Assembly (NCBI RefSeq): GCF_001194135.2 | Contig: NC_068983.1 | Coordinates: 120,817,438-120,850,348, forward strand | Direction: 5' to 3' | From: Octopus bimaculoides | Taxonomy: Eukaryota | DNA: 32,911 nt | In this document: positions 32,345 through 32,911 of the stretch, piece after piece | How positions within the stretch are numbered: the stretch's first letter is position 1 | Layout of the letters: each line of letters opens with the position of its first letter | Notes under the pieces: generated by a model | Database searches by the model: none | What the model was told of the DNA's origin: nothing | Seen by the model: only the letters and a program-made list of their open reading frames with translations | Position numbers and translations under genes: made by a program

Positions 32345-32435
32345 TATTTCCTTCATCAGCTGCCCCTATTCTAAACTGAGCGTTTCGAAGAGTTAAGACA
32401 GGACGCATTGCTAGAATAGCTCTTCCCGCGGAAGC
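32345..32435 (-). ncRNA. Hammerhead-core-like motifs (degenerate, topology unclear)
   Basis: Minus strand: UUCCGCGG-GAAGAG-(27 nt)-CUCUUC-GAAAC-GCUC...GGGGCAG-CUGAUGA-AGGA. Confidence 0.3.
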
Positions 32436-32689
32436 AAATTAAATTAAATTGAATTAGATTTGTAATGCGGAGGAATTAAGTGACAAACAGAAAACACGAC
32501 AGGAAAACGAAACAGTGAAAATAAACAAGAAGGGCTGTAGGCCAGACGTGGAAAAAATATCTGTATACTGAACGCTGTGATGTGACGAACTTGAGGGGAA
32601 GAGAGAAGAAAGTTCGTGCTAGCTTGGTAGTGGCCAAGAGAAGAAAAAAGCAGTAGCTGGTGACATGTGACCAGCGAGGAGAAAGAGTG

Positions 32690-32868
32690 GTAGAGAGAGA
32701 AAAAAGGGGGGGGGGAGTTGAATATAGGTGAGCAACGAGAGGCAGGGAGGGAGAGAGAGAGAAATAATAGTGAAGGGGACAGGCGAAGAACAACAGAAGG
32801 AAGAACGAGAGGGGGAGAAAGATACAAAGATAGATAGAGTCGCAGTATGTATATATGCATTTATGTAT

Positions 32869-32905
<37 letters not shown>
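32690..32905. repeat. GA-rich tract and terminal (CA)n
   Basis: Direct reading. Confidence 0.9.
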
Positions 32906-32908
<3 letters not shown>

Positions 32909-32911
32909 TGA

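Noticed and set aside
1-32911. CRISPR arrays, rRNA, prokaryotic operons
   Set aside because: No regularly spaced repeat-spacer units, rRNA-like sequence or gene-dense segments; the window is eukaryotic repeat-rich DNA.

Overview
This is an AT-rich, repeat-dominated eukaryotic scaffold window with 12 N-gaps (about 4.5 kb in total). The tRNA-derived SINE families, Penelope-like elements (PLEs), mariner relics and dense (CA)n/(TA)n/(CAT)n microsatellites match what I know of octopus genomes; that assignment is my inference, not a database result. I recognise no complete protein-coding gene. The supplied ORFs are gap-spanning, microsatellite-derived or pieces of transposon relics. Supported content: about 20 SINE copies in 4 families, 2 decayed PLE coding remnants (RT C-terminus plus GIY-YIG), 3 decayed mariner elements, a hAT-type MITE, and a weak chain of plus-strand candidate exons (1937-7176). 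The most interesting items are: (1) an apparently intact type I hammerhead ribozyme at 19003-19133 with a minimal palindromic stem III and an unusually long, fully pairable stem II of about 96 nt, plus two degenerate relatives; (2) a 149-bp inverted, internally deleted copy of nearby sequence inside a PLE, flanked by a 6-bp duplication; (3) a mariner-derived palindrome with junction microhomology; (4) two SINEs serially inserted at one triplicated target site.
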